A DNA stretch of 64,000 bases, from NCBI GenBank assembly GCA_001662655.1, contig KV460249.1. One strand, 5' to 3'. Within the stretch, counting starts at the first letter, position 1; every line of letters begins with the position of its first letter. This DNA comes from Pseudogymnoascus verrucosus (Eukaryota). Shown one piece after another: positions 10,960 through 22,311 of the stretch. A model generated the notes under the pieces. The model searched no databases, was not told where the DNA came from, and saw only the letters and a list, made by a program, of their open reading frames with translations. Made by a program: the position numbers and the translations under genes.

Positions 10960-13900
10960 GTGCTACACAGGTCAGCTTTGCTCAACCCTAGATAACCGCC
11001 CCACGTTCCGATTCCGTGTGATTCCGCGTTGCCGATTAGTAGGCTTTCTTAGACATGTCTAATAGACGACCCTTTCCATTTGCTAACCCGCTTGCATTTC
11101 ACATTCCACTTAGGATATCTGCTGGTGATTCTACAGCATAGTCATGAAGAATGACAGCACCATTGTCCTCGTCATACAACCCGATACAACCGGCAACAAG
11201 TTAGGCAGTTGGGCAGATCGGACCATCATGTCATAGTCACGCTAGTCGGTAAATATATAAAAAGCAAGTGCATCATCCACAGGTTCGCGAGAGATATCAC
11301 GTGCTAAGGCTTTCTACTAGGTAGCGATGAGAGCATTTAAATAGTCATAGGCTTTGTTTAGTTGTAGACAAACTCAACAGTTTTTGCAAGATAATAATAA
11401 TTAGGAGACATTTGGAATCTCAAATATTAAAGATATAAACCGTGTCGATGGTGTGTGTGATTTAAATAACTGATTTAACTAGTTAATACTTCACTACATC
11501 CGTCACGATAGTAGTGAATTTTTACATCTAAAGCCACTAAGTTAAGATGCTGTGTTCGTACGTGCTTACGGAGGATATTAATGCGTTTAAAAACCTTATC
11601 CTTCTTTGCTAGCCTAGCCTCCTCGTTAGACTTATAGAGATCACATGTTAAATCTAGCCCTTAGATCTACTAAACACTTACAATCGTCTCGTTTTTGTAC
11701 AGCTTCTAGACATTAGAGAGATGTTCCGACTGTTTCTTCTCTAACTTTAGCCCCTTATACTTACGAGGGCATTCTTGTCGGTTGCAAATTAGCGCTAGGT
11801 TATTGACGAAAGTGATCCGCACTTTAATGACCTGATCCTCATCTAAATCATTAAGTGACATGCCTAGCATTTTAACAATTACAGCTCGCTCCTTAAGTTT
11901 GTACTTCTTTAGAGGGGAGGTAAGAGCATTAGTAGGGTAGATTCCCTACATTTGTCAATTGACCTCATTAGTGTAGACGTTTATATGAAATTCTTTAATA
12001 GTCTTCTTAAGTAATGCGTCGCTTAATTAACGTCTTAAATTGTTTATATTAGCTTAAGCCTCTTTATGCTGCTCGAATAACTTCGTTCCCTAAGCCGCCT
12101 TAATTGTAGTGTAGCCCTTTAGCTTGATCTCTTAGCTATATGTGTTACGTAACGTAGCTGCCTTAACGATGTCTAGATGATTTTTAATCTTAAGCTTCTG
12201 CTCATCTATAAGGGATGAAGGGCATCTCCTATGACGAGCTAGCTGGCTAACTCTTTGTATAAGATCGTCTCGTCGTAGTGTGCCTAGATAGATGCCTTAG
12301 CAGTCTTTGTCGACAAAGTCTAGTATGTAGTACCGCTTGTAAACATTCCTACTATTGCCTATAATATGTCTGCGTTCCTTAGGGGTTAGTGCGTCTATAA
12401 CAGCATATATTAGCAAATAGGACAGTAAATACTACTAGAAGAATAGATAAAAAGGATTAATATCATACTATTCAGCTCCTTCCTAGAACCTCGCTATAGG
12501 CTATAGAGCTTAAGCGCCTTCTTATATCCCATCACCTAACCGAGGCAAACAAAGTAATATCGATACTTTGCATACTAGAAAGATTTAGTCTTAGAAATAT
12601 AGACTCCATTAGTAGTGACCTCGACGTCGCGGAAGACAGGTCGTTCTGCCCATTCGTCGTCCCATTTAAGTGTTATGTAGTCGGCGTCTAGAGGGACAAC
12701 TAGATTGTAGATATCCCTTAAAGATTTGAATTCGTTTTTAAACGCGTTATTAGCAAGAGCAAGTGCTAGCATAAAGCTGACTGCACAGCATAATAGGTCT
12801 TCCCCTTCATAGAATGTAAACTTCTTCCTGTTTAAATCAGTAAATTGCAGAAGCAATGTAGCTTGGCTACTGCACATAGGTACCACTTACTTCTTAGATT
12901 TCCCTCTAGACCTTTTAATGTGCTTGAGGTTTAAAGTCATGACGATTATTAGCCGTTTCCCTTTAACCATAGAAGGGAAGAGATGGAATGTGATATCTAA
13001 ATAGAGTAGAGGACGCTTCCTAACAAGAGCTTTAGGCCTCGAGCTTATGCAGCCACTAAAATCTATAAGTAACGATTCTTGTACCCGGAGTCGTTCATAG
13101 GGATATAACTCTGTATCATTTACCTAGTTGCTATGTTGTAGATTGCATAGATCATCAACAAACAGCGCGTACTTCTCCTTTTCGGACGTATTAAGTTCGA
13201 GATATTGCAGGATCTACTGTTTCAAAGTCAGTATCGTCTAGCTCAGTACTAAGAGGGGCAACTTACGTTACGAATATCAAATAAAATGTCGTCAGTCATA
13301 TATCTCTGTGCTACTTGTGCATATAACATGCTTAGAGTCTTCTAGTATGTCATAATGGAGGATTCTTTCGTTATGCGTGAGTTTTCATATCGCTAGCAGA
13401 GGTATGCCTTAAAAATAGGTGCTTCGCCCTTAGCAAGGGCCTCTAATGGATTATTACTAAGTACGAAATCGAGATCTTCATCCTTAGGAGCGACTTCTTT
13501 CTCAGCCTTTAATTTCGCCCAAAACCTATTAAGCAAGGGTTAGCAAAGATGTCTAAATGCGCACAGCTAACTAGTAATGAAGACTTACAGCGCCTAAAAC
13601 TTCTCTGCCCTCGCTATTATAATCTTTGTATCGTCACCGTGATTTGATAGGTTGACACCTGCTTTACTAAAATCTGCTATCTTTCGCTAGTAGGACACGG
13701 TTTCAGATTCACTTTCAGACTGGGAATTGTAGCCAGAATCTAGGCGCAGCTCATTGCCAGCATGTAGAGATGCTAATTGCTTGCGGCGATGCATGTTTTT
13801 CTTTTTAATCCGCGGTTCATTGAGTCGCCGTTGTTCCTCCACGTTTACTGGCACTGCAGAAGGAACTCCACCTCGGCCATTATGAAGCCCCACACGTTGG

Positions 13901-14506
13901 GCGTGGCGTCGAGGAAGTTGCGGGGGTAGATTGGCCATAAAGAGAGTGTATATTGCAAAAGGTGGCAGTGTATGAGATCAACAGCTATGGTGTTCAGGCT
14001 GGGAAATTGCGCTCGACGTTGATATTCCAAGAAGCGTGTATTCCTTTGGATCTGCAATATCGCCTGTAACAACCTGATTCTCTAGCTGTGTTGGCTGTAG
14101 AATAGTTATGGATGATGAAAGAGTGAAAGGTAAAGACAGTAGAGCGAAATAAACCACAAGGCTGCTTGAAAGCACCGAGCCGACGATAGAGCGAGTGATT
14201 TAAGGACATGTAAAGAGAGTAAAGAGTGTTAGGGCGAGATGGCAGGATTATATACATTTTCTGTCCAGCAGGTCACGAAGTAGGTTGCGTGGGTTACTTT
14301 GCCTTGTTATTTTTACCTTGAAAATGGCCCTCACATTTCGGGGGGCAACCTATTTCGCGATGGTGATTGTAGTTGTCCTTAAGGCGGCAAGCCAAATTTA
14401 TGTTAGCGTGGAGTTAGCGTAGGTAACCGAGCGGAGAGGCCGCGTAAAGCAGCGGGCAAATGCTGCTATAAACAGCTGCTAAATCGCCAACATGTAGTGT
14501 ATAGTA
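10960..14506 (-). mobile_element. Candidate minimal DUF3435/Starship-like element bounded by TTAC direct repeats
   Basis: Minus-strand TTAC at 14510-14507 upstream of the captain, and TTAC-aagccat-A at 10959-10948 downstream. Short CTACA/TGTAG inverted core just inside both ends. Confidence 0.4.
11480..13938 (-). pseudogene. DUF3435 tyrosine recombinase (Starship captain-like), RIP-inactivated, intron-containing
   Basis: Motifs SGCISSRPKALV (~13040), KFTFYEGEDLLCCAVSFMLALALANNAF, LKWDDEWAERPVFR, LYSL*RG (~12495), ALTPKERRHIIGN..YKRYY..FVDKDC (~12310-12395), LICNRQE, and a C-terminal FKRINILRKHVRTQH zinc-finger-like tail. The 3' end is approximate. Confidence 0.85.
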
Positions 14507-14909
14507 GTAATGAGTATATAGAAGTTCCTTACACTATAAAAAAATTAACAAAAATGAAAGGTAATAGGCAACAGGCAGTAGATGAAGTCTTAAGAGGGTG
14601 CAAACAACAACAGGGTATACGGATCTTTTGCCCTTTATTTAATCTTACTCTTTATCCATTTATTCCCCCCATTTCCCCAATTTCCTATTCCAGCATAGTC
14701 CCATCCAATTCTCCATCATCCCAAAACGTGGCCGCAACAACAATTCCCCGATCCAACCAATAATTCCTCCCTCGCTTCTCCCAGCTTCCACAGACAGCTC
14801 TCCCCAACCACGCAACCGTAGCTCCCTTCCAACTCGAGCAGCAACGCAACGCACGCGGCGCTGTCACACTACGAATCCACGCAATTGAGGTTTCGTGAAG
14901 TTCGACATC

Positions 14910-16376
14910 ATGGCTGCTGTAATCCAAGGTCTCTTCGGAGGGTCAAAGGACGACCAGCCCAAGGTCGTGGCGGATAATGGTGCGTCTCCCAATCTCAATC
15001 CAAATCCCAATCCATTCATTCGCCCCCTTCTCCCCCCTTCTCCCTCCCCCAATCCTCACACCTCCCCAACGCCCCAATCCACCACCACCACAACCACCTC
15101 TCTAACCCCTCTCCCAGACTTCGCAGACTTCGCCTCCGCCCCCGAACCAACCCCCGCCTCCTTCGCCGCCCCCGCCGGCACCACCCCCCTCGCCGCGACC
15201 GCCACACCCGCCCTCCCCTACACAAAATGGTACAACATCCACGAGCGGCACTCCCTCTCCGAGTTCAAGGGCGAAGGCTACATCCTGCTCCTCCTCCTCG
15301 CGCTGGGTACAATCCACATCCTCGGCACACGCGCGAACCGCCGCCGTGCTCGCGGATGGGCCGTTGCGCACGCGCCAGTCTTGCATAATGAGTTTGCGCT
15401 TGTGGGGTTTGCGCCACAGCAGCCGGGGGCGGGGGATGCGGAGGGGGAGGGACTTGCGAGGGCGATTGAGAAGGCGGGGAAGGATGGGGAGGTGTTGAAG
15501 GAGGTTGGACTCAGCAATTTCCTCGGATACGCTACTGGGCGACTTAATGTTGCCTTCCTCGACATTGAAATCGACCTCCTCAAGCGGTACAACCCGGTTC
15601 TTCAGTTCATCGAGAACGCAGCGGGGTTCTTCTTCGAATCCATGCCAGCCCCTGTGGAGCGCGTGTCGGCGATCCTCTACCCCTTCGATGGGAAAGAGGC
15701 CTTGACTGTCCCCGGCCTCCCTGGTATGGCGGAGCTGAAGGGCGGGAAGAGCGGGTACGACAATTTCGTCTGGGCCGTCGTGCATAAAGATCGCATGCGC
15801 CAGCTGCGCGACGAGAGATACGACGTCAGTATCACTGTCACCAAGGACCACCCTAGACTCCCGGAGTGGGCGACTGTCATGTCCGAGAGCGCTGAGATCA
15901 CCGAGGCGATGCTTACACCCGCTCTTGTGGCTGCGGTGGAGAAGGCGGGGGAGGCGTTCGAGCATTTGATTATCACTGACCAGCCCACCGACCAGCCTCT
16001 CAGCGTTGACGAGACTGTGTCGAAGAAGCGAGTCTACCTCTCCCTCCGCCTTCCCGCCTCAGGGGATTACGAGGAGACGCTGCCGATCTTCACGTATTTC
16101 ATCCAGCTTGCTGACTTTTTGGTTGAGAAAGCGCATTTCAGACCGGAGGTTATGAAGAAGGTGAAGGGAGGGAGGGAGGATGTGGTGAAGAGGTTGGTGA
16201 AGGCGGATACGGATGGGAAGGCGGAGGAGAGGGCGCTGGAGAGGGAGAAGGCGAAGAAGGCGAAGAGGGATAAGGAACTAGCAGGCTTGGATGCGAAGGC
16301 GCAGAAGAAGTTTTTGGAGAAGGAGAAGGAGAGGGAGATGAAGAGGAGTATGAAGAAGGGGAGTCAGAAGGGTTAG
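14910..16376 (+). CDS. PAT complex subunit CCDC47-like / DUF1682 ER membrane protein
   Basis: Single TM segment, YATGRLNVAF, FVWAVVHK and a Lys/Glu-rich coiled-coil tail. In-frame 138-nt intron at 14980-15117 (GTGCGT..CTAAC..CAG). Confidence 0.88.
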   Translation: MAAVIQGLFGGSKDDQPKVVADNGASPNLNPNPNPFIRPLLPPSPSPNPHTSPTPQSTTTTTTSLTPLPDFADFASAPEPTPASFAAPAGTTPLAATATPALPYTKWYNIHERHSLSEFKGEGYILLLLLALGTIHILGTRANRRRARGWAVAHAPVLHNEFALVGFAPQQPGAGDAEGEGLARAIEKAGKDGEVLKEVGLSNFLGYATGRLNVAFLDIEIDLLKRYNPVLQFIENAAGFFFESMPAPVERVSAILYPFDGKEALTVPGLPGMAELKGGKSGYDNFVWAVVHKDRMRQLRDERYDVSITVTKDHPRLPEWATVMSESAEITEAMLTPALVAAVEKAGEAFEHLIITDQPTDQPLSVDETVSKKRVYLSLRLPASGDYEETLPIFTYFIQLADFLVEKAHFRPEVMKKVKGGREDVVKRLVKADTDGKAEERALEREKAKKAKRDKELAGLDAKAQKKFLEKEKEREMKRSMKKGSQKG

Positions 16377-16724
16377 GTGTGGGATAGGATGGGATATAAT
16401 GTGTACTTTGTAGATATTATGTGCTTTTTTGTGGCGGGGATGGGAGGTAGGGGGGTGGTGAGGTGGGGATTCGTTAAAATTATTTTATTTCGTAGCTGTA
16501 TTACATTTGTGCTTGTCTCCCAATACCTTTAAACTGACTCCGCTGCGTTGTTGGCCTGAGAAGCTCTCATGTAAAAGCAGAATCCCCCAAAAAGAGGCGC
16601 GCACGATCTCGAGCATAACTTCCCACACCCTTGATTTACTACCAAAGCATTCTAGTTGTTTGCCCAATATCCACTTTTCCTACAAAAAAAACATAAAAAA
16701 ATAAATGCCGAAGCAATCAAACAC

Positions 16725-16796
16725 TGGAGAAACGGCGAATCGAACGCCGGACCTCTTCTATGCTAAAGAAGCGTTATACCACTAAACCATATCCCC
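16725..16796 (-). tRNA. tRNA-Ala (anticodon AGC), intronless
   Basis: GGGGATATGGTTTAGTGGTATAACGCTTCTTTAGCATAGAAGAGGTCCGGCGTTCGATTCGCCGTTTCTCCA folds as a cloverleaf with the G3:U70 alanine determinant and a TTCGA T-loop. Downstream T-run. Confidence 0.96.
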
Positions 16797-18585
16797 TTTG
16801 ATGTGTTGTCACCCACCGCCCTTTTTACTATTGTTACTTACTCATTGTTACTGTTACTGTTACTTAACCGCGGTCGAAGATGGGATGTTTTGGGAAAACT
16901 ACTAATATCTCGAGAAGGAGAGTGGGAGGGAGAGGGAGACAAGTATGAAGAAGTGGGGGGGGCCGGGGGGGGGATGGCAGAAGGGGTAGGTGTGGGATGG
17001 GGATGCGATGTAATGTGTACTTTCTTTTTGGTAGATATGATGGCTTTTTTGCTATGGTGGGGGATGATGGGGAAGGCCGGGGTGGTTTAGGGGGGGATGA
17101 GCTAGAATTATTTTTATTCGTAGTTGTAATAATTACATTGTGCTTGTCTCCTTATGCGTGTGGACTGGTTCTGCTATGTGGACCTCAGAGGGCTCCCATG
17201 TGGAAGTAGAAGCACTAGGGAAGGGGGGGAGCGAGCAGGGAGCGAGAGCGTTAACTTCCCACGCCCTTTGCTATGGTGCGCTAAGCAGCACTACTATTTC
17301 GCTCGGTGGTTCAACATCATCCCGGAACCCGCGATGGAGTAGAGGAGTTTCGTACGTGGAATGGCTTGCTGGGCTACGGCGTAAGTAGAGGCTGTGATGT
17401 AGTCCTGTGGAATTCCATGGGTTGGTTTGCGCGTAGGGACGGAGGTACTCTGCAGTGGGAAGGTGCGATGGTGGTGGTGATGGGGATGATGCGGAGATAA
17501 GAGAGCTTAGAGATACACGGTATGGGTGGAGTTGTTTGCTGTGTTCCAATCCTGTGCCTTGTCGTCGTTAATACGCTGGAATCGTCGGTGTTGGAAGGTT
17601 AAGAAGTTACGCTCAGGCTTGCGAAAATGATGAGTTGGAACGGAATAAGCTACCTAGTATAATCGGCGTTGTGAGAGAGCTGGAAAAAGATGATTACGAG
17701 CTAAGAAGCTCTTGGTATGGAATTTTGATAGGAGAGGCTTCCTTCTGTAGATGATTAAACAACTAAATACTCATATATACCATATGTGATTGTTAGAGTT
17801 AAGTATGAAACTTCTTTATTTTACGAGCTGCGAAAGATGAGTAGTGCTTCGTTAGATTTGAAATGGAATTTACAGTTCGCCTCGCAAAATCGTTTTGCTT
17901 CGGGCCGCAACCTAACATCCGAAAATACAACAAAGCCGATGGGCCAGTACCCCTAATACAATAATCGTTAGGGCTTTAGATGTGGCATATACAGTACTAT
18001 CACACAGCAAGAACATTGACTTATCTAGCCGCCCATTCCTGCAATAATCTCTAAACTTTAAGCTTCTTCCGAGCTCCTATCAGTCTGCAACTACAAGTGT
18101 GAATAAAATTTGTCGTAAATATAATTTCCTAATTAGGCATAGTACATTACCTTTTCCCAAATGCGCATTGGCCTCTACATAGTAAAGTGAAAACGCCTTG
18201 CGAGTTTCGCGCTAGTGCATTTCTGGTATATATCTTGCTGCGCATCGCCCTTTAAGGCGGAATACGCGCGTACTGTTTATTGCGTGCGGAGGAGTAGTAA
18301 GCAGAGGCGAATGGAGAGGGTTTGAAATTGAAATTATCTGTAACAATCTAGGTGTAAATATACTACATATATATATATTAATAGAAGTGGGATTTTAGAG
18401 AGTGCCAATCGATTAGATAGTTGTACTTAACAAGCTTTCTAAAAGCGATATGTCCCGACCTCACAATCAAACGAGAAGTTGCATTTGCAAAAGCGACAGG
18501 TCGCCAAGACATCACATTATAGCTATACACCCTGTCACAGCTCATTTTGCTTTCTATTCCTACCCATTACTATCATATATCCCCT

Positions 18586-20505
18586 TTATAACTCAAACTC
18601 ATCCTCCTCCCCATCCCCACCGCACTGCGACCCACCCTTCTCCATCATCACTGGCTGGACCAGAACATTCACCGCTCCTATCCCTATCCCTCTCACCTTC
18701 GCCCTGCGTATCTCGTCCTTAAACGTCCCCTTCATTATCTCCCACACATCCTCGCGCCCAGCCTCAACGTCGGCATCGATTTCCAGGGGCCCTAGCCTCA
18801 GCACCAGCTTGACCATCGTGATGTCCGCTGGCCGGCACCGCAGCTTCTCCGCTAGGTCACCGAGGAACTCGTCTAGGGGCTTGGTACCGAAGCGTCCCGC
18901 TTCCCAGAAGGTCTGGCGCGTGATGCCGTCGGTGTGCTGGAGGATGTGGAAGGGGATTGGGAGGGGAGCCTTGGCGGGCGGCGCGGTTGGGGTGACTGAG
19001 TGCTTTGTTGGTGGGGGTGGGTGTTGTGCCGGAGGTAGTTGCTTTGTCGGCGGAGGCGAGGGCTTAAGTCTGGAATCCTGTGGAATTGGCACATTTAATG
19101 GAGCGGGTGACGGTGAGTGAAGTGGTGGAGATGGTGATGGGGATGGGGAAATATCCCTAGAGGCGACAAGAGGCGTGGGTAAATATGGGGACAAATATGG
19201 CGGTGCGGCAGGGGACTGGTGCTTCTGAGGATGTAGCGAATCTTTTTTGGACTGCGCTTGATCTTTATCTAGTTCCGTAGTCTTCATTATAGTTGGCGGA
19301 CCAGTTGGATGCTGCTTTTTCAGGACAACCTGTGCCCGGGATTTGCTGCTAGCATTGCTGCTCTGGGAGGTTGGGACGGGGCTCTCCGACTGATCGTCGG
19401 CAATGTACTCATTGACATTGGCGCTGGGAACGGTTCCTGAGATGACACGAGGTACAGGTTTGCGGTCGGAGACCCGACGGGGAGAGCCAAAATCGCTGCG
19501 TATGCTTTCTGAAGACTTGCCGTTAGAAATCTTTGGGCGTTTGAGGGCGCGATCATCACCTCGCATTGGTACTTTCGGTGATGAACCAGGAGTTGATTGA
19601 GAGGGGCGCTTCGAGGAGGTGCTGCGTGACGTTGTGTCTGATAACGGTTTGCTGGCTAACTTGTTTGGAGATAGGTGAGCCTCATCATAGAGGCGGTTTT
19701 TCCGCCGAGTCGCGCGTGGTGTGGTAGTGGGTTCATCGTCTTGAATGGTATAGACATCATCTCCAACCTCGGTCTCACATGTGGCGGCATACTTTGACGT
19801 GCTTTGAGGCTTGTCGGGCGTGAATTCACGCGTGCTCAGTTCCTCGTCCGATTCCTCTTCACTCTTGTGCCGATCCTTAACTTTAGGAACTATTACCATA
19901 TCTGTAGCAGGACGATTTACAGAACTTTCAATAGAGCTGCAAGTAATTTAGTAGCTTTCTTTGTATCGACGCAAGGAACTTACATGCTAGGGGCTAGATT
20001 CTCTGATGCGTCCCTTGATGATTGACGACCAACGCTATGGCGAAATGGATCTCGCGACTCATTGTTCTTAGGATATTTTGCATTGTTAAAAGCATATTTA
20101 TTCTGTTTCCAGAACAGCTGCTTTAGCAAATCAATTATTCTAGCGGTCGTTAGTTACTTCTACGCATCTGAAGAGGGGTACCTACTTCTCTTCGTCGTCA
20201 GGGAAGCACAGCCTGTCTCCTGGGTTCTCGAGGTGAGGCCAAAATTTCTCTCCAGTTCCGACCCCATGGAGAAAGGTGTTGGCCATTCTCGTTAGATCAT
20301 CTTGTGTACTTTGAAGCTTCCACTGGATCAGATCGGTGCCGGAACGGTTGTCGCTCGTCCTGTAAGTCTTACGCCATTTGTGACTGAAGTCGGTGAAAGC
20401 GTTTTGTTCTTTAGAGTTGCGAAAGCCAAGTGCATCACAGATGTCGCGCAGAGAAGGGACTTTGCTCAGCAACACTGTAGGCTTCCTATTTGCCTTCTTG
20501 CCCAT
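18586..20505 (-). CDS. Hypothetical protein (3 exons; folded N- and C-terminal regions, Ser/Pro-rich disordered middle)
   Basis: The 107-aa ORF from ATG 20505 joins the 437-aa ORF through GT-AG introns at ~20185-20141 and ~19983-19903. Confidence 0.75.
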
Positions 20506-22311
20506 AGTCGTGATGTTGTCTCGTGTGATGTGTTGGAAAATCGTTCTAACATTTACGATAGAATGGGGTAGGATGAAGGCAGCGTGGTGGTTTGGAAAGA
20601 GAAAGTATATTTTGGAATGTAGTCTCCGACAAGGTTTCTTAAAGAACCCCTTGGTAGGTGGCTACAGGGGTTGGAATCCCACGACTTTCGGCATTAATTG
20701 TGACCATGAGTTATCGCTCAGCCCCGAAAGTGAGGGAAGTGATTGGTCTATAGGAACCAACACTGCACGGTCCCTCTAGTTCCAACAAGAGATAAAAGTA
20801 GGAAGACGCACCTCATCACAAAAGTGTCAGAAGTGCAACGGCGACGACACCATCTTTTGAATCTGACAATGTCGTCGCTATTAAAGAGCAAGAACATAGA
20901 TAGCTATCGCGATTTGAGTTCTTCGCGGCTTCCTTTTCGAGTCGTTGCACCTTTCTCTAATTAAGCCTATTAATTTCGGACTAGTAGTCGTTAAGACGTA
21001 CATCAAGATGTACACGCTGGTTGAATTAGAACAAGGCTCTGAAATGCATTTTGACAGACCTCCCAAAGATGTCTGCCTTGGGGCTGTGGGAGTTGCTTTA
21101 GAAAGAAAATCCTGCATTGGCCCAATTTGTTTGAAAGTCCTGGGGTGCGAGGCGAGCTTGGTTTTCAGAGAAATATAAATACCCAGCCACTCCTGTCGAG
21201 AGTTGAGATTCTTGTTTTTTAGTAAAGATATTCTGCCTCAACCATTCTTCGCCATTCACTCTCAGGGCTACGAAATGCCCTCGACCTCTAATGCAGTGGG
21301 GACGCTGATGCAGCAGGGCCCTACCCCCCTACTTGCAAAGATTATAGGTCTACTTTTAGTGTTCATGAAAGACGGTGTCCCTCTCTTTGTCGCTGTATTA
21401 TTTTTGATATTATATTGCTTTCAATACTTTAGCCTGCCTGGGCCTGGGAGTTTTAGACGTGAGAGAACATTTCCTACACACTTCCCCAAATAGTTGGCTT
21501 CTACTGTCCTTTACTCGACATAGCTGACGGATTAAAACTAAGATGTCGCTCCACAGCGACCACCATACCTTTACAACGAACACGAAACTATCGCCTCGAA
21601 CAATTTCTACAATAACAATACACAAGCTGAACATGCCGCTCCCCGCAACAACCTCCTATTGCAATATTCTCTAGGTGGAGAGCCTACAGCCTCTGGAATT
21701 ATTGCAGCGACTGCGCCTATTGACCATTTGCTCTCTATATCAGGAACGAAAAAGGTACGTGCTTTGCGTCAAAGAAGTGTGGTGCTCTTTAAACGTCACA
21801 ATATAAAATACTAATACATGGGACTTATTAGGGTTCTTTTATAGCGAGGTCGACACCACCGAGGCGCTCAACCACAGCACGACCAGGCCCCCAACTGCAG
21901 CCGTTGTGAGAACGATCTGAGGAAATAAAGTCACGTAAGGGGACTATGCCTTTGGTACTACCGGCTTCCCCATTTTATATTCTGTTATTGCGCATGTGTT
22001 TACGGGATAGAGTCATGTGTCCCCTCACGATCGTTACGCTACTAGGTTCCCCATTTCTGATTATGTACTTGCGCATGTGTTTTGAGAGAGATAAAGTTAT
22101 GTGTTCCTCAACGGCAATTCCAGTCACTACCTCATTCAAATTTATTTAAAAGACTACCTAGAGCTATAATTAAGAGCGTAATTTTCCCTTGAATAACACT
22201 GCGGATGTGATAGTGTCCACTCATATTTAACTATAATATAGTCATAGAAGAAGAACAATATAACCCCTTGTTAAGATCGAGAGATATTTGTTAAGAGAAA
22301 TATCCCGACGT

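Noticed and set aside
13978..14175. Small ORF with a hydrophobic N-terminus upstream of the captain
   Set aside because: Non-ATG start, 65 aa, no recognisable motif; probably 5' leader sequence.
14980..15117. Pro/Thr-rich insert (PNPNP..TTTTTT) in the CCDC47-like ORF
   Set aside because: It is an in-frame intron with donor, branch point and acceptor.
15102..15965. 287-aa antisense ORF, and similar shadows at 32337-33077 and 58572-59381
   Set aside because: Antisense shadows of GC-rich real genes, with no motifs.
17130..17700. Possible minus-strand gene remnant (92-aa ORF 17271-17549)
   Set aside because: No clear ATG, splice model or family motif; cannot be supported.
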